The notes: generated from the sequence alone by a model not told the origin. 64,000 nt of DNA from Promethearchaeota archaeon (GCA_048940925.1 JBHLOC010000025.1:1-64000), one strand, 5' to 3'. Shown: positions 29,649 through 39,934, numbered from the stretch's first letter. Numbers and translations: made by a program.

Positions 29649-29683
29649 TGATATTATAAAACAATCTGATATTATAAAACAAT
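29649..29683. repeat. 17-bp tandem direct repeat
   Basis: TGATATTATAAAACAAT at 29649-29665 and 29667-29683. Confidence 0.8.
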
Positions 29684-29811
29684 ACAAACGAAAAATAAAG
29701 AATTAAATATCAAAGTATCAAATTTGGGTTAAATACGTCTATTTCTACTGAATTTTAATATCGATATTACAGAAATAGAAAAAAAATAACTTAATAAAGG
29801 ATCAAAAGATT

Positions 29812-30843
29812 ATGAGTCTTCTCAAATACATTATTAGAAGAGTGGTTGTTATGATTCCAGTATTATTCGGAGTATTGACTTTAACATTTATTCTTAATAG
29901 ATTAATGCCAGGGGATCCGATTGCTGCTCGATTATCTGCTGCGGGAATACATAATCCCGCACAGGGTCTTTATCAACAGATGAAGTGTCAGCTTGGTCTC
30001 TGTGATCCAATAATAGTTCAATATTTTCGATATGTAGAGGAATTATTCACAGGTCAATGGGGAGTTTCTGTATCTATTGTTCGAAATGAACCTGTCTGGG
30101 ATCTCATAATGGAAAGAATGCCATTGACAATAGATTTAACAGTATTTTCTGTGGCAATATCGTCCTTTTTAGGAATTAAGGCAGGAGTTATTTCAGCTGT
30201 TAATAGGAATAAAACTATTGATACAGTAGTGAGAGGACTTGCTTTATTAGGTGTAGCTATTCCTGTATTTTTTCTAGGAATGTTATTACAATACACATTC
30301 GGTTATGTTGTAAAAATCTTCGAGCCTACAGGATATTTGAGTATTAACATTGAAAATCCCCCATTTGTGACCGGATTTATTATAATCGATGCTATATTAG
30401 CAGGTCAGTTTTATGTTGTTATCGATTATCTATGGCATTTATGTTTACCTGTGTTTTGTCTGTCATTTATTAGTCTCGCCACTATTACACGTCAGACTCG
30501 TTCGAGCATGTTAGAAGTGTTAGAGATGGATTATGTCAGAACTGCAAGAGCAAAAGGATGTGAAGAAAAAGTAGTAATCCATTCTCATACCTTGAGAAAC
30601 GCTTTAATTCCGACTGTGACTATTATAGGATTAAGTATAGCTGGTTTATTAGGAGGAGCTGTTCTTACAGAAACTACTTTTGGATTAAATGGAATGGGGA
30701 ATCTTTTTGTTAATGCGATTCTCTTATATGACTATTGGGTGTTAAATGCCCTTGTATTTATGATAACAATCATTTTCATATTTGCAACTTTGCTAACTGA
30801 TGTAATATACGCAATTTTAGACCCCAGAATACGATACAGATAA
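29812..30843 (+). CDS. dppB: Peptide ABC transporter permease (DppB/OppB), stand-alone
   Basis: MPGDP, RSSMLEVLEMDYVRTARAKG (EAA loop), LDPRIR. Confidence 0.92.
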   Translation: MSLLKYIIRRVVVMIPVLFGVLTLTFILNRLMPGDPIAARLSAAGIHNPAQGLYQQMKCQLGLCDPIIVQYFRYVEELFTGQWGVSVSIVRNEPVWDLIMERMPLTIDLTVFSVAISSFLGIKAGVISAVNRNKTIDTVVRGLALLGVAIPVFFLGMLLQYTFGYVVKIFEPTGYLSINIENPPFVTGFIIIDAILAGQFYVVIDYLWHLCLPVFCLSFISLATITRQTRSSMLEVLEMDYVRTARAKGCEEKVVIHSHTLRNALIPTVTIIGLSIAGLLGGAVLTETTFGLNGMGNLFVNAILLYDYWVLNALVFMITIIFIFATLLTDVIYAILDPRIRYR

Positions 30844-30929
30844 TGGTTTTTATTCACAAAAAGAGATATTTTTTACCTTCTCATCTTATTTACATTCTGC
30901 TATATCAAATTAATTATTTGTAGAAAATT

Positions 30930-31148
30930 ATTAATTAAATCATTTCAATTAACTGCAATAATTGTTAGATCAAATCCATCAGGCAAGTCGAATGTATCTT
31001 AATAGCATTTAATCTCTAGTATTTCCAAGCTTCCTCTTGACACAAAATATTAGTTTCCACTAAAGCCTCAATTGACTAAACCGAAAAGTTGTCATTTCCT
31101 TTTGGCAGAAGCACCAATAAAAGCAATAGATTTAGGGTAAAAAATTTC
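30930..31148 (-). pseudogene. Remnant of the CoA-binding domain of an ADP-forming acyl-CoA ligase
   Basis: EIFYPKSIAFIGASAKRK*...GFSGN*YFV...EILEIKCY*DTFDLPDGFDLTIIAV with multiple stops. Confidence 0.75.
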
Positions 31149-31261
31149 TCAAAATAATTAATCTGCTTCACAGATGGAATAGATAATTTTGTAACTTAAA
31201 TTTAACCCATCTTTATGATTGATTAAATAAAAATATAAATTTTGCATCAAATGTATTAATT

Positions 31262-32119
31262 ATGCGTTCTGAGGACTATTATCAAGTTATTCAAGAAAAA
31301 GATTATTTAGTTATAATTAGGGAGCAACTTGACAAGATTGATTCTCGCTATCTCACTAAGTATACTAATCTCTTCTTGGTTATAGGAAATAAGGAGTGTT
31401 TATTAATAGATACCGGGTGTGGATTCTTTCCTCTCAAACCTATTATAAACAAATTTCTGAACGGTAAAAAATTATATGTGGTTAATACTCATTCCCATTT
31501 TGATCATGTGGGAGGAAATGGTGAATTTGATACGATTTATATCCACGAAAATGAGGAAGCCTTCGTAAAAAATGAACTTGATTTAACTTTTCTTAAAGAA
31601 GCTCCAAATACTATAGTGAATCGCTTCAATAATACAAATTTGATTTTACCACCATCAAAAAAGATTATTCCTTTGAAAGGAGGTGAGATCTTCGAACTAG
31701 GAGGGATCGATGTTAGATGGATTCATAACGCAGGACATTCTACAGGTTCTATTTCTTTATACACAGATAAAGGAGAACTTTTTCCTGGTGATCTAGTGCA
31801 TTATGGTGCTATCCCACTTCCACCTAAGGATGATCTATCCTTTATAACAGAAAGTGTTGAAAAACTAATTAAATTATACGATGAAAAAAACATTAATGAA
31901 ATATATCCTTCCCATGAAGATTATGGTGTCTCTAAAGACATATTAACAGAATTATTGAGTCTTCTTAAAAACATCGATGATTTCTGGGAAAATCGGATAC
32001 CGAATAAATTTAATAATGCTTGGGAAATCGATATGGGCGGATTTCATCTAATGTTAAAGGTTGGAATAAAAGAACGTAAAGATTTCCGAACTAAAGTGAG
32101 ACTCTTAAAAGAGGAATAA
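31262..32119 (+). CDS. Metallo-beta-lactamase-fold hydrolase
   Basis: LIDTG, NTHSHFDHVGG, GHSTGS, GD, PSH. Confidence 0.9.
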   Translation: MRSEDYYQVIQEKDYLVIIREQLDKIDSRYLTKYTNLFLVIGNKECLLIDTGCGFFPLKPIINKFLNGKKLYVVNTHSHFDHVGGNGEFDTIYIHENEEAFVKNELDLTFLKEAPNTIVNRFNNTNLILPPSKKIIPLKGGEIFELGGIDVRWIHNAGHSTGSISLYTDKGELFPGDLVHYGAIPLPPKDDLSFITESVEKLIKLYDEKNINEIYPSHEDYGVSKDILTELLSLLKNIDDFWENRIPNKFNNAWEIDMGGFHLMLKVGIKERKDFRTKVRLLKEE

Positions 32120-32156
32120 AGTTTATAAAAAATTGAAGTTTTTCCAATAAGTATTT

Positions 32157-32660
32157 TTATGTATTATTTACTACTTTTTCTTTTTTTTTTAAAGCGGTAA
32201 AAGAACTAACTTCTTTAATGGTATTTAATACGAAATGAGTGTTGGTGTGCTCAACATATGGAGATTTATGAATATCCTTAATCATTTTACTTAATTCTTC
32301 TCGGGTTTTAAATCTCGCTAAAATAAGGGCATCATAAGTTCCTGTAATATCATACACACCAAAAACATTAGGGTTATCAGCAATCTTTTCTTCAACCTCA
32401 AACATTTTCCCCTTTGATATTGTTACCTCTATAATACCCATAATTTCATATCCTAACTTCTCAAAATTAATTTTAGCACCGTAATTTATGATAATACCTT
32501 TCTTTTCTAAATTCTCAACATGATTTTTAATTGTAACTGGTGATCCTACATCTAACTCTTTAGCAAGTTGGCGAAATGAAATTCTACTGTCTTCACTTAG
32601 TTTTTTTAGGATGTCAATATCTAAATCAGAAAAATCTTCATGGGTAGATTGCTGAGTCAT
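32157..32660 (-). CDS. Lrp/AsnC family transcriptional regulator
   Basis: LDIDILKKLSEDSRISFRQLAKEL HTH; ITGTYD ligand-binding domain. Confidence 0.93.
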   Translation of the reverse strand: MTQQSTHEDFSDLDIDILKKLSEDSRISFRQLAKELDVGSPVTIKNHVENLEKKGIIINYGAKINFEKLGYEIMGIIEVTISKGKMFEVEEKIADNPNVFGVYDITGTYDALILARFKTREELSKMIKDIHKSPYVEHTNTHFVLNTIKEVSSFTALKKKEKVVNNT

Positions 32661-32729
32661 AATAATAAAGAGTTATATATACATTATAAAAGTATGCAAT
32701 TGTCCATAGAAAAACTTAAGAATCGACCG

Positions 32730-32873
32730 AATGATCATTTTTTTCGACGACAAAAATTATCAAATTGTACGATCGATCACTTTATTTAAGTAATAATGAT
32801 CATTTATAACTGTTATTCTCCATTAATGTAAACATTTGAGCTAGAAAAAATTAAAATTTATATATGTACGATC
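32730..32873. promoter_or_regulatory. Array of short palindromes in the divergent lrp / zinc-finger-glnA intergenic region
   Basis: AATGATCATT at 32730 and 32795; TGTACGATC at 32766 and 32865; AATGTAAACATT at 32825; TATA-like TTTATATA at 32857. Confidence 0.5.
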
Positions 32874-32939
32874 ATATCATTAATTATATAATTAAAAATT
32901 AGTGAAAATTCCTCTAAGTATAAAAAAGAAGATTTAGAT

Positions 32940-33341
32940 ATGAAAAAAATGCCATTAAAATGCCCTATATGTGGAAAAAAATATTATTATGATAGTAAAA
33001 TTTGCCATGAATGCGAAGATTATTCAAAATATAGTGGTTTGACAAATCAAGATGAGTATTATGTTCAAAAATGGAATTCTGGTGTTTTTTTAGGATTTGA
33101 TTCCATAACATTTGGAAGACAAAAAGCAGATAATTTATATATTAAAATTGCTTCTGAACCAAAATTCACGAAATTCAAATCCAGGAAAGACTATAAATGG
33201 AACTGTGAGTCAAATGTTAGATTTAGGAATTATATTACTCAAAAAGATCATCTTTATCAATTAAATGCGCTTAAGCATTTAACTACTGAAAATTCAAGGT
33301 TTTTTGGAAGAGATACTAATAATTCATTGATTTATGAATAA
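32940..33341 (+). CDS. Zinc-finger protein, C-terminal LIYE; paralog of 28410..28919
   Basis: LKCPICGKKYYYDSKICHECE...SGL...KW...KWNCE...SLIYE. Confidence 0.8.
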   Translation: MKKMPLKCPICGKKYYYDSKICHECEDYSKYSGLTNQDEYYVQKWNSGVFLGFDSITFGRQKADNLYIKIASEPKFTKFKSRKDYKWNCESNVRFRNYITQKDHLYQLNALKHLTTENSRFFGRDTNNSLIYE

Positions 33342-33441
33342 ATTAATAAATAACATGATAAAAATGAATTATATTTTAATATTCAAATCTTCAAAATTAA
33401 GTGTAATAATATAATTTTAAAAAAAATAAAAAAGAATTATT

Positions 33442-34944
33442 ATGACAAGTACTAAAGAAAGTTTTGTAAAAGGGATTATAGAACCAAGTGTAAACGCTGT
33501 AGAAGCAGCTAAAAAGATCCTCGAAGCGGAACAAGTAAAGTTCGTGTTATGTGCTTTTACAGATGTTCGAGGTATTTTTCAGAGTTTTAGCTCTCCTGTT
33601 CATCATTTTTTAAAAGGAGATCAATATTTTGAAACGGGAATTGGTTTTGATGGGTCGAGTATACGAGGATTTAGAGAACTTCACACTAGTGATATGATTT
33701 TCTATCCTGATCCTCAAGCTTTATATATCCTTCCTTGGACGACCGGTTTTCAAAAAACTGCAGTTTTAATAGGAAATATACGTGAACCGTTCGGAAGTAT
33801 AGAAGCTGCTGACTGTGATCCTAGAGGATATGTAGCGCAGCGTGCCATAGATAAAGCTTCAGAATTGGGCTATACATCTTACTTTGGACCTGAAATTGAA
33901 TTTTTTGTTTTTAAGTCTATAGATCCAAGTAAGTTAGATTATGATATTTTTACCAGCCCAAAGGGAGGTGCAGGAGATAGTTGGGGCCCACCAAGAGTGA
34001 ATCCCGTATCTCCCGAAACCGAGATTGGGGGGTATATATTAAGACCTAAAGAAGCATACTTTAGGAATCCTCCTGAGGATACTACTAATGGTTATCGTAA
34101 CGATCTTACAAATACACTCGAAACAATGGGATATACCGTTGAGATGCATCACCATGAGGTCTCTACTAAAGGACAAGTTGAAATAAACTATCGTTATAGT
34201 GACCTATTGGACACTGCGGATAAAGTTCAGATTTACAAGCTTGCTGCACGAAATATTGCTGCTAAATATGGATGGATTGCAACATTTATGCCAAAACCAA
34301 TTTATTTAGATAATGCTAGTGGTATGCATGTTCATAATTCAATGTTCAAGGATGGTGAAAATGCTTTCTGGGATCCAGATGATGATTATGCTGAGATTAG
34401 TCAGGAATGTAGGTATTATATTGGTGGCCTTCTCGAACATGCTGAAGCATTAACGGCGATATGTTGCCCAACAGTCAATTCATATAAACGATTAGTTCCT
34501 GGATTCGAGGCTCCTATTAATATTATGTATAGTCGAAGAAATAGATCAGCATTAATCCGAATTCCAGTGTATTTAAAAGGTGAAAAATACAAAAATAGAA
34601 GACGTATAGAATATAGGGGAGTTGATCCCTCAACAAACTCTTACTTTGCTTTTGCGGCAATATTAACGGCAGGATTAGATGGAATTAAAAAGAAGATTGA
34701 TCCTGGTGACCCTGTAGATAAGGATGTTTATGAAATGTCTGAATCAGAGAAAAAGTCTGCTGGTGTGAAACAATTACCAACAACTCTAAAAGATGCATTG
34801 GACATTATGGAAACTGATTCAATATCAAAAGAAATTCTTGGATCTCATCTCTATGATGCCTTCGTAGAATACAAAACAAATGAATGGAATCAGTTTTGTC
34901 TTTATGTAACACCTTGGGAAATTATGAAATATTTAGACTACTAA
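33442..34944 (+). CDS. glnA: Glutamine synthetase type I
   Basis: FDGSSIRGF, GPEIEFF, HHEV..GQVEI, TFMPKP...SGMHVH, NSYKRLVPGFEAP, NRSALIRIP, IEYRGVD. Confidence 0.95.
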   Translation: MTSTKESFVKGIIEPSVNAVEAAKKILEAEQVKFVLCAFTDVRGIFQSFSSPVHHFLKGDQYFETGIGFDGSSIRGFRELHTSDMIFYPDPQALYILPWTTGFQKTAVLIGNIREPFGSIEAADCDPRGYVAQRAIDKASELGYTSYFGPEIEFFVFKSIDPSKLDYDIFTSPKGGAGDSWGPPRVNPVSPETEIGGYILRPKEAYFRNPPEDTTNGYRNDLTNTLETMGYTVEMHHHEVSTKGQVEINYRYSDLLDTADKVQIYKLAARNIAAKYGWIATFMPKPIYLDNASGMHVHNSMFKDGENAFWDPDDDYAEISQECRYYIGGLLEHAEALTAICCPTVNSYKRLVPGFEAPINIMYSRRNRSALIRIPVYLKGEKYKNRRRIEYRGVDPSTNSYFAFAAILTAGLDGIKKKIDPGDPVDKDVYEMSESEKKSAGVKQLPTTLKDALDIMETDSISKEILGSHLYDAFVEYKTNEWNQFCLYVTPWEIMKYLDY

Positions 34945-35209
34945 TTAAATTTTACTTATTTTTTGATAATTCAAATCTCCAAACCATAAAAATGAAAAAG
35001 AGATATAATATTAGTTGCGAAAGGCATTTAGACGAGAAAAATTTTTTAATTGAATACTATTGTTGTGAATACTCTTGAGGCGAGATATTAATAAATAGGT
35101 GATTAATTTATTTTTCAGATCAGAAACACAATTTAGAGTTAATTAGTCTGAAATAATCTAAACTTCAGGAAGGTTGAAAAGTGTGGCAGATAGTAAGAAT
35201 TGTGAAAGA

Positions 35210-35247
35210 AATGTAATTAAACTCGAGAATTCGATGGCAATTACATT
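35210..35247. repeat. Inverted repeat / stem-loop upstream of the RHH gene
   Basis: AATGTAATT (35210-35218) and AATTACATT (35239-35247) enclose TCGA-GAAT-TCGA. Confidence 0.6.
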
Positions 35248-35324
35248 CACCCAAGAATGGTTTAATAAAACTCACTTGAAAGATATTTATATCAAGAATA
35301 TTAGAAGCAAAATTGCGATAGAAA

Positions 35325-35912
35325 ATGAATGAATTAGAAAATAATCACACGATAAATGACAGGATAACTATTGCAATAGATGAGCAAACAAAACAAATAT
35401 TAAATCAGTTAAATAATCACTCGGAGAGTTCTCGATCTGAAACAATAAGAAAAGCAATTAAATTTTATCATAAATTTAAGAAAGTTTTTGATCAAAAAGA
35501 AAAGGGGGTATCTGCTCAGGTAAACACTTACTTAGAATTACTTTCTAATGGAGAACATATTATTTTAGATGTAGATCATTATCTAACATTTTTAAAATTT
35601 ATTGAAAATTCCCCGAATAAAGATCAGTTTGATGATTTCAATAAATCAATTGGTAGGGCTCATGCAGAAGAATTTTCTCATGATCTTAATATAACTACAG
35701 TCCAAAAAGTAGTAGAACGCCTTGAAGCATGCAATTTTTTCAAAATAATTAAAGATTCATCTAACAAATGTACCCTACTTTTAGGATCTGACATTCAAAA
35801 GAACTTTATTAAGACTTTTTTAGAAGAAGTCTTAAAAGGTATGGGTTTTAAAGTAAGTATTAACGAAGGATTTTCTAAATTAAAGATAATTATAGAGGAT
35901 TTTTCAATTTAG
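35325..35912 (+). CDS. CopG/ribbon-helix-helix regulator with C-terminal ligand-binding-like domain
   Basis: RITIAIDEQTKQILNQL...SRSETIRKAI RHH pattern. Confidence 0.8.
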   Translation: MNELENNHTINDRITIAIDEQTKQILNQLNNHSESSRSETIRKAIKFYHKFKKVFDQKEKGVSAQVNTYLELLSNGEHIILDVDHYLTFLKFIENSPNKDQFDDFNKSIGRAHAEEFSHDLNITTVQKVVERLEACNFFKIIKDSSNKCTLLLGSDIQKNFIKTFLEEVLKGMGFKVSINEGFSKLKIIIEDFSI

Positions 35913-36190
35913 AATTCTTCATTCTTTTAAATACAATCTTCAGGATTTTCAAATTGATATATATAATTTTCTCTGCTGCTGTTCTTCGATAAATAACGCT
36001 ATATTTTAACTTTGGTTCGAATGTAATCTCAAGTTGATTATTCTCTTCATTATCTTTCATCCCCGAATTCGATCTATTGTCCAATCTAAGCTGTTATTAT
36101 AAATTACGTCATTTTGATTTTTTCGCTCACTGATTTGAAAACATCCAAAGTATTGTAAGTACCTAAATAAAGAAAAAAATTACTTTTGAA

Positions 36191-36532
36191 CTATAAAATA
36201 TCGTCTCCCTTTTCTCTCGTTCTTATTCTTATTGCGGTTTCGATAGGCATAATAAAGATTTTTCCATCCCCAGGTTTTCCTGTTTGGGCTTTTTCAATAA
36301 TAGTATCTACAATTTCATCAATATTTATTTTCTCACTCACTACAATCTCAAGTTTTAATTTATCAATCCATTCTATGCAATATTTACCAGACCTATCTAC
36401 CAGTTTTATTCCACGCTGGTGTCCATGACCTTTTACTTTATGGATACTCATACCTTTTATGTCTTTTTCAAATAATCCAGATTTAATTGCTTCTAATTTC
36501 TCCGGTCGTATAAAACACTCTATTTTTTTCAT
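36191..36532 (-). CDS. glnK: PII nitrogen regulatory protein
   Basis: MKKIECFIRP, T-loop GHGHQRG...KY, TGKPGDGKIF, IRIRT; directly downstream of amtB. Confidence 0.95.
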   Translation of the reverse strand: MKKIECFIRPEKLEAIKSGLFEKDIKGMSIHKVKGHGHQRGIKLVDRSGKYCIEWIDKLKLEIVVSEKINIDEIVDTIIEKAQTGKPGDGKIFIMPIETAIRIRTREKGDDIL

Positions 36533-36550
36533 CTTATTTTTATACCTCCA

Positions 36551-37750
36551 TTATGCTTTTTCTCCGTGGATTGAAATATCTATACCTACGTATTCTTCTT
36601 CTTCAGATGCTCTCAAACCAATTAGTTTATCGATCACTTTCGCAATTACCCAAGTTATTACAAAAGTATATCCAATTGTCGCTATAATTCCTACAGTTTG
36701 AATCCATACTTGTCCAGGGTTGCCTGATATTAATCCTGTAGCCCCCACACTTGCAAAAATTCCGGTAGCAATCGCGCCCCAAATACCTCCCCATCCATGA
36801 ATAGCCCACGCATCTAAAGATTCATCAATTTTCGATTTTGAACGCCAAGAAAGTATACCATAACAAATTATTGCAACCACAGCCCCGATTATCAATGCGA
36901 CCCACGGTTGAACAAAACCAGCAGCAGGAGTAATTGCGACCAGCCCCGCTAAACCACCCGTTGCTAATCCAAGAGTACTAAATTTTCCCGTTTTATAATA
37001 TTCTATAATCATCCAAACTAAGGCTGCTACACTCGCCGCTAATTGTGTATTAAACATAGCTAATACAGCGGTACTGTCTGCAGCTAAAGCACTCCCCCCA
37101 TTAAACCCAAACCATCCTAACCAAAGTAGTCCCATTCCTAGTAATACATTAGGAATATTTGAAGGTTCTATCGATTCTTCTTGATATCCTTTCCTTGGCC
37201 CAATTACCAGGGCAACTGCTAAGGAGGCAAATCCTACATTTACATGCACAACGGTACCTCCAGCGAAATCCAGAGCTCCTAGAAAACCTAACCACCCACC
37301 ATCTCCCCAAACCCAATGGGCTATAGGAGAATATACTATTATCAGCCAGATTGAGATAAATATCATGAATGCTTTAAAATTAACTCTCTCTGCGAAAGGA
37401 CTTGCTATAATCGCTACAGTAATTATTGCAAACATCAATTGAAACGCCATATATAAAAGATGTGGTATTGTATCAGAATATACTGGATAGGCTTCTGTTC
37501 CTACTCCGAAAAGTGCAAGGAAATTAAAGCCTCCAATAAATCCACCACCCATATCGGGAGCAAAAGCCAAACTATAGCCAATTATGAACCAACCAACTGT
37601 TACTATTAATATTGAGACAAAACACATTGCCATCATATTTATAATATTCTTCTTACGTAGCAAACCCCCATAAAAGAATGCTAACCCCGGAGTCATAATA
37701 AAAACTAACCCAGTACATATCAAGATAAAAGATATATCTCCACTTGACAA
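36551..37750 (-). CDS. amtB: Ammonium transporter
   Basis: MTPGLAFFYGG, DFAGGTVVH, WFGFNGGS, GLVAITP, twin-His retained (AIHG). Confidence 0.97.
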   Translation of the reverse strand: MSSGDISFILICTGLVFIMTPGLAFFYGGLLRKKNIINMMAMCFVSILIVTVGWFIIGYSLAFAPDMGGGFIGGFNFLALFGVGTEAYPVYSDTIPHLLYMAFQLMFAIITVAIIASPFAERVNFKAFMIFISIWLIIVYSPIAHWVWGDGGWLGFLGALDFAGGTVVHVNVGFASLAVALVIGPRKGYQEESIEPSNIPNVLLGMGLLWLGWFGFNGGSALAADSTAVLAMFNTQLAASVAALVWMIIEYYKTGKFSTLGLATGGLAGLVAITPAAGFVQPWVALIIGAVVAIICYGILSWRSKSKIDESLDAWAIHGWGGIWGAIATGIFASVGATGLISGNPGQVWIQTVGIIATIGYTFVITWVIAKVIDKLIGLRASEEEEYVGIDISIHGEKA

Positions 37751-38142
37751 ATTTATCCACTTTAATAATATTTTAATTTTATTAATTATGGTTTCATTTG
37801 ATTTAGATTTTGTATTCTAAAACTCAAATATAATGAAAAACATCGAATATAAAAGGTTAATTGAGAAAAAAAATTATAGATTAAGATCTTTTAGCTAATT
37901 TTATTAACGATCATGTATTGAATAACAATAAGTTCTTTCATTTTATGAAAAAATATGAAATACTCATAAAAGATTGAATAAATAAATAATAATAAAGAAA
38001 AAATATCTAAGTTTTTACAATATCATGAGAAAATTAAATATATGTACCAGGTAAATTTCACTATTAGTTCATAATATAGTTTATATGAAAAAATATAATT
38101 GAGTATAATAGAATATATTGAAAAAAAATAAAATGAAGAGAA

Positions 38143-39495
38143 ATGATTGAAAAAGACGATCCAAAAAGGAAAGAGATTTGTGATAAAGTAATAGAGAAGA
38201 TTAAAGAAGAGGATATAAAATTTATTTATCTTCAATTTACTGATATCCATGGAATTATTAAATCTTTTGAAATAAACTCCAAGAGGATTGAGGATATTTT
38301 TGAAGTAGGTGAGAATTTCGACGGGAGTTCTATAACGGGTTACGGAGCGATTGAAGAGAGTGATAAAGTTGCACTTCCTGATCCTAGCACATTTTATCTT
38401 TTGCCTTGGAGAAAAGAAAATAAGGTTGCAAGGGTAATTTGTGATATCTATAAACCTGATGGAAAACGGTATGAAGGAGACCCTCGCAGAATATTACAAA
38501 GAGCTGTCAATAAAGCAAAAGAACTAGGTTATGATTACTATTGTGCTCCAGAAATGGAGTTCTTCATATTAACCCCAGATACCGAAAAAGCATTTAAGCC
38601 CTCAGATATGAGAGGATATTTCGATTATGATCCATATGATGTTAACGAAATAATAAGGTATAGAATTGCAGAATATTGCGATGCAATGGGTATTTCTGCA
38701 GAGTGTGTACATCATGAAGTTGCATTTGGACAGCATGAGGTAGATTTCAGATATGATGAAGCAGTAAATACAGCAGATAACACAGTTACAATAAAAACGA
38801 TAGTTAAAACTGTCTCGGCGCAACATAATTTATTAGGAACATTTATGCCTAAACCTTTTGATGGGATTAATGGATCAGGCATGCATGTACATCAATCTTT
38901 ATGGAATAATGGGAATAATATCTTTTATGATGAAAATGATAAAGATCATATTTCGATTATCATGAAAAGATGGATTGCAGGTCAATTAAAACACGCTATC
39001 TCGATGTGTGCTGTTTTAAGTAGTTGGCCTAATTCTTATAAGAGATTAGTTCCTGGATTTGAGGCTCCAGTTTATCTTGCTTGGGGTTTTAGGAATAGAT
39101 CTCCTTTAATCAGGGTACCAGATTTTCATAATAAATCCACCGCAGCTAGATGTGAAATTCGTTGTCCAGATCCTGCTGGTAATCCTTATCTTCAATTTGC
39201 TGTTCTTCTCGCTTCAGGATTAGATGGGATTTTATCAGAGGAAATTGACATTCCTGAACCAACCGATAGAAATGTATATCATTTATCTTCAAAAGAAATG
39301 GAAAAAGAAGGTATTATTTCATTACCAGGGAGTCTTAGTGAAGCTTTAAAGTATTTTAGAGATTCAGAATTTATGAAGGAAGTTTTCGGAGAATTAGCAT
39401 TTAAAAACTACTATTATGCCAAATTGGAGGAATTTGATAAATACAGAGTCGTAGTGAGCGAATGGGAGAGAAATAGATATATAACTCATTTGTAG
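38143..39495 (+). CDS. glnA: Glutamine synthetase type I (second, shorter GSI-alpha-like copy)
   Basis: FDGSSITGY, APEMEFF, HHEVAFGQHEV, FMPKP..NGSGMHVH, NRSPLIRVP, CEIRCPD. Confidence 0.95.
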   Translation: MIEKDDPKRKEICDKVIEKIKEEDIKFIYLQFTDIHGIIKSFEINSKRIEDIFEVGENFDGSSITGYGAIEESDKVALPDPSTFYLLPWRKENKVARVICDIYKPDGKRYEGDPRRILQRAVNKAKELGYDYYCAPEMEFFILTPDTEKAFKPSDMRGYFDYDPYDVNEIIRYRIAEYCDAMGISAECVHHEVAFGQHEVDFRYDEAVNTADNTVTIKTIVKTVSAQHNLLGTFMPKPFDGINGSGMHVHQSLWNNGNNIFYDENDKDHISIIMKRWIAGQLKHAISMCAVLSSWPNSYKRLVPGFEAPVYLAWGFRNRSPLIRVPDFHNKSTAARCEIRCPDPAGNPYLQFAVLLASGLDGILSEEIDIPEPTDRNVYHLSSKEMEKEGIISLPGSLSEALKYFRDSEFMKEVFGELAFKNYYYAKLEEFDKYRVVVSEWERNRYITHL

Positions 39496-39721
39496 GTTTC
39501 TTTTTTTCATTGAAATAGTAATTCAGTCAATTTAAAACATAGAAATATTTTATATTTAATTTAAAATCTATTTTTCTTTTAATTATATTATGTTTTGCTG
39601 AATGCAGAACAAAAATATTAGAATTAAGGGTTGTAGTTAACATAAAGCATTTCAATTTATATAAAATAAAGATTTATCAAATTATGTTCATCCAAAATTT
39701 TTCAAAATTAAGGTTTTTTAA

Positions 39722-39880
39722 ATGAAAGAGGTTACTAAAATATTAAAAGGAAATATCAATAAATTGGTTGATCTAATCAATGAATTTTTAAGAAAGAATG
39801 CAGATAAGAATGCCGAATTGGTTTCTGTTGCTAATTTTGGAGATCGCAAATATTTAGCATTCCTTCAATATGATGTATGA
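39722..39880 (+). CDS. 52-aa small protein, not in ORF track
   Basis: MKEVTKILKGNINKLVDLINEFLRKNADKNAELVSVANFGDRKYLAFLQYDV*; beta-alpha-beta-beta-like pattern; AAGGT upstream. Confidence 0.55.
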   Translation: MKEVTKILKGNINKLVDLINEFLRKNADKNAELVSVANFGDRKYLAFLQYDV

Positions 39881-39934
39881 TAAATCCAAGATAAACAATA
39901 AAATTCAGATTATATAATTATCAATCCTCTTTTT

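Noticed and set aside
34992-35102. Short frame ...YYCCEYS(TGA)GE as another selenoprotein
   Set aside because: Not a CxxU spacing, the frame closes a few codons later, and no supporting motif is seen.
35890-36084. 64-aa minus-strand ORF after glnK
   Set aside because: No recognisable motif, overlaps the RHH stop; may be a remnant but cannot be supported.
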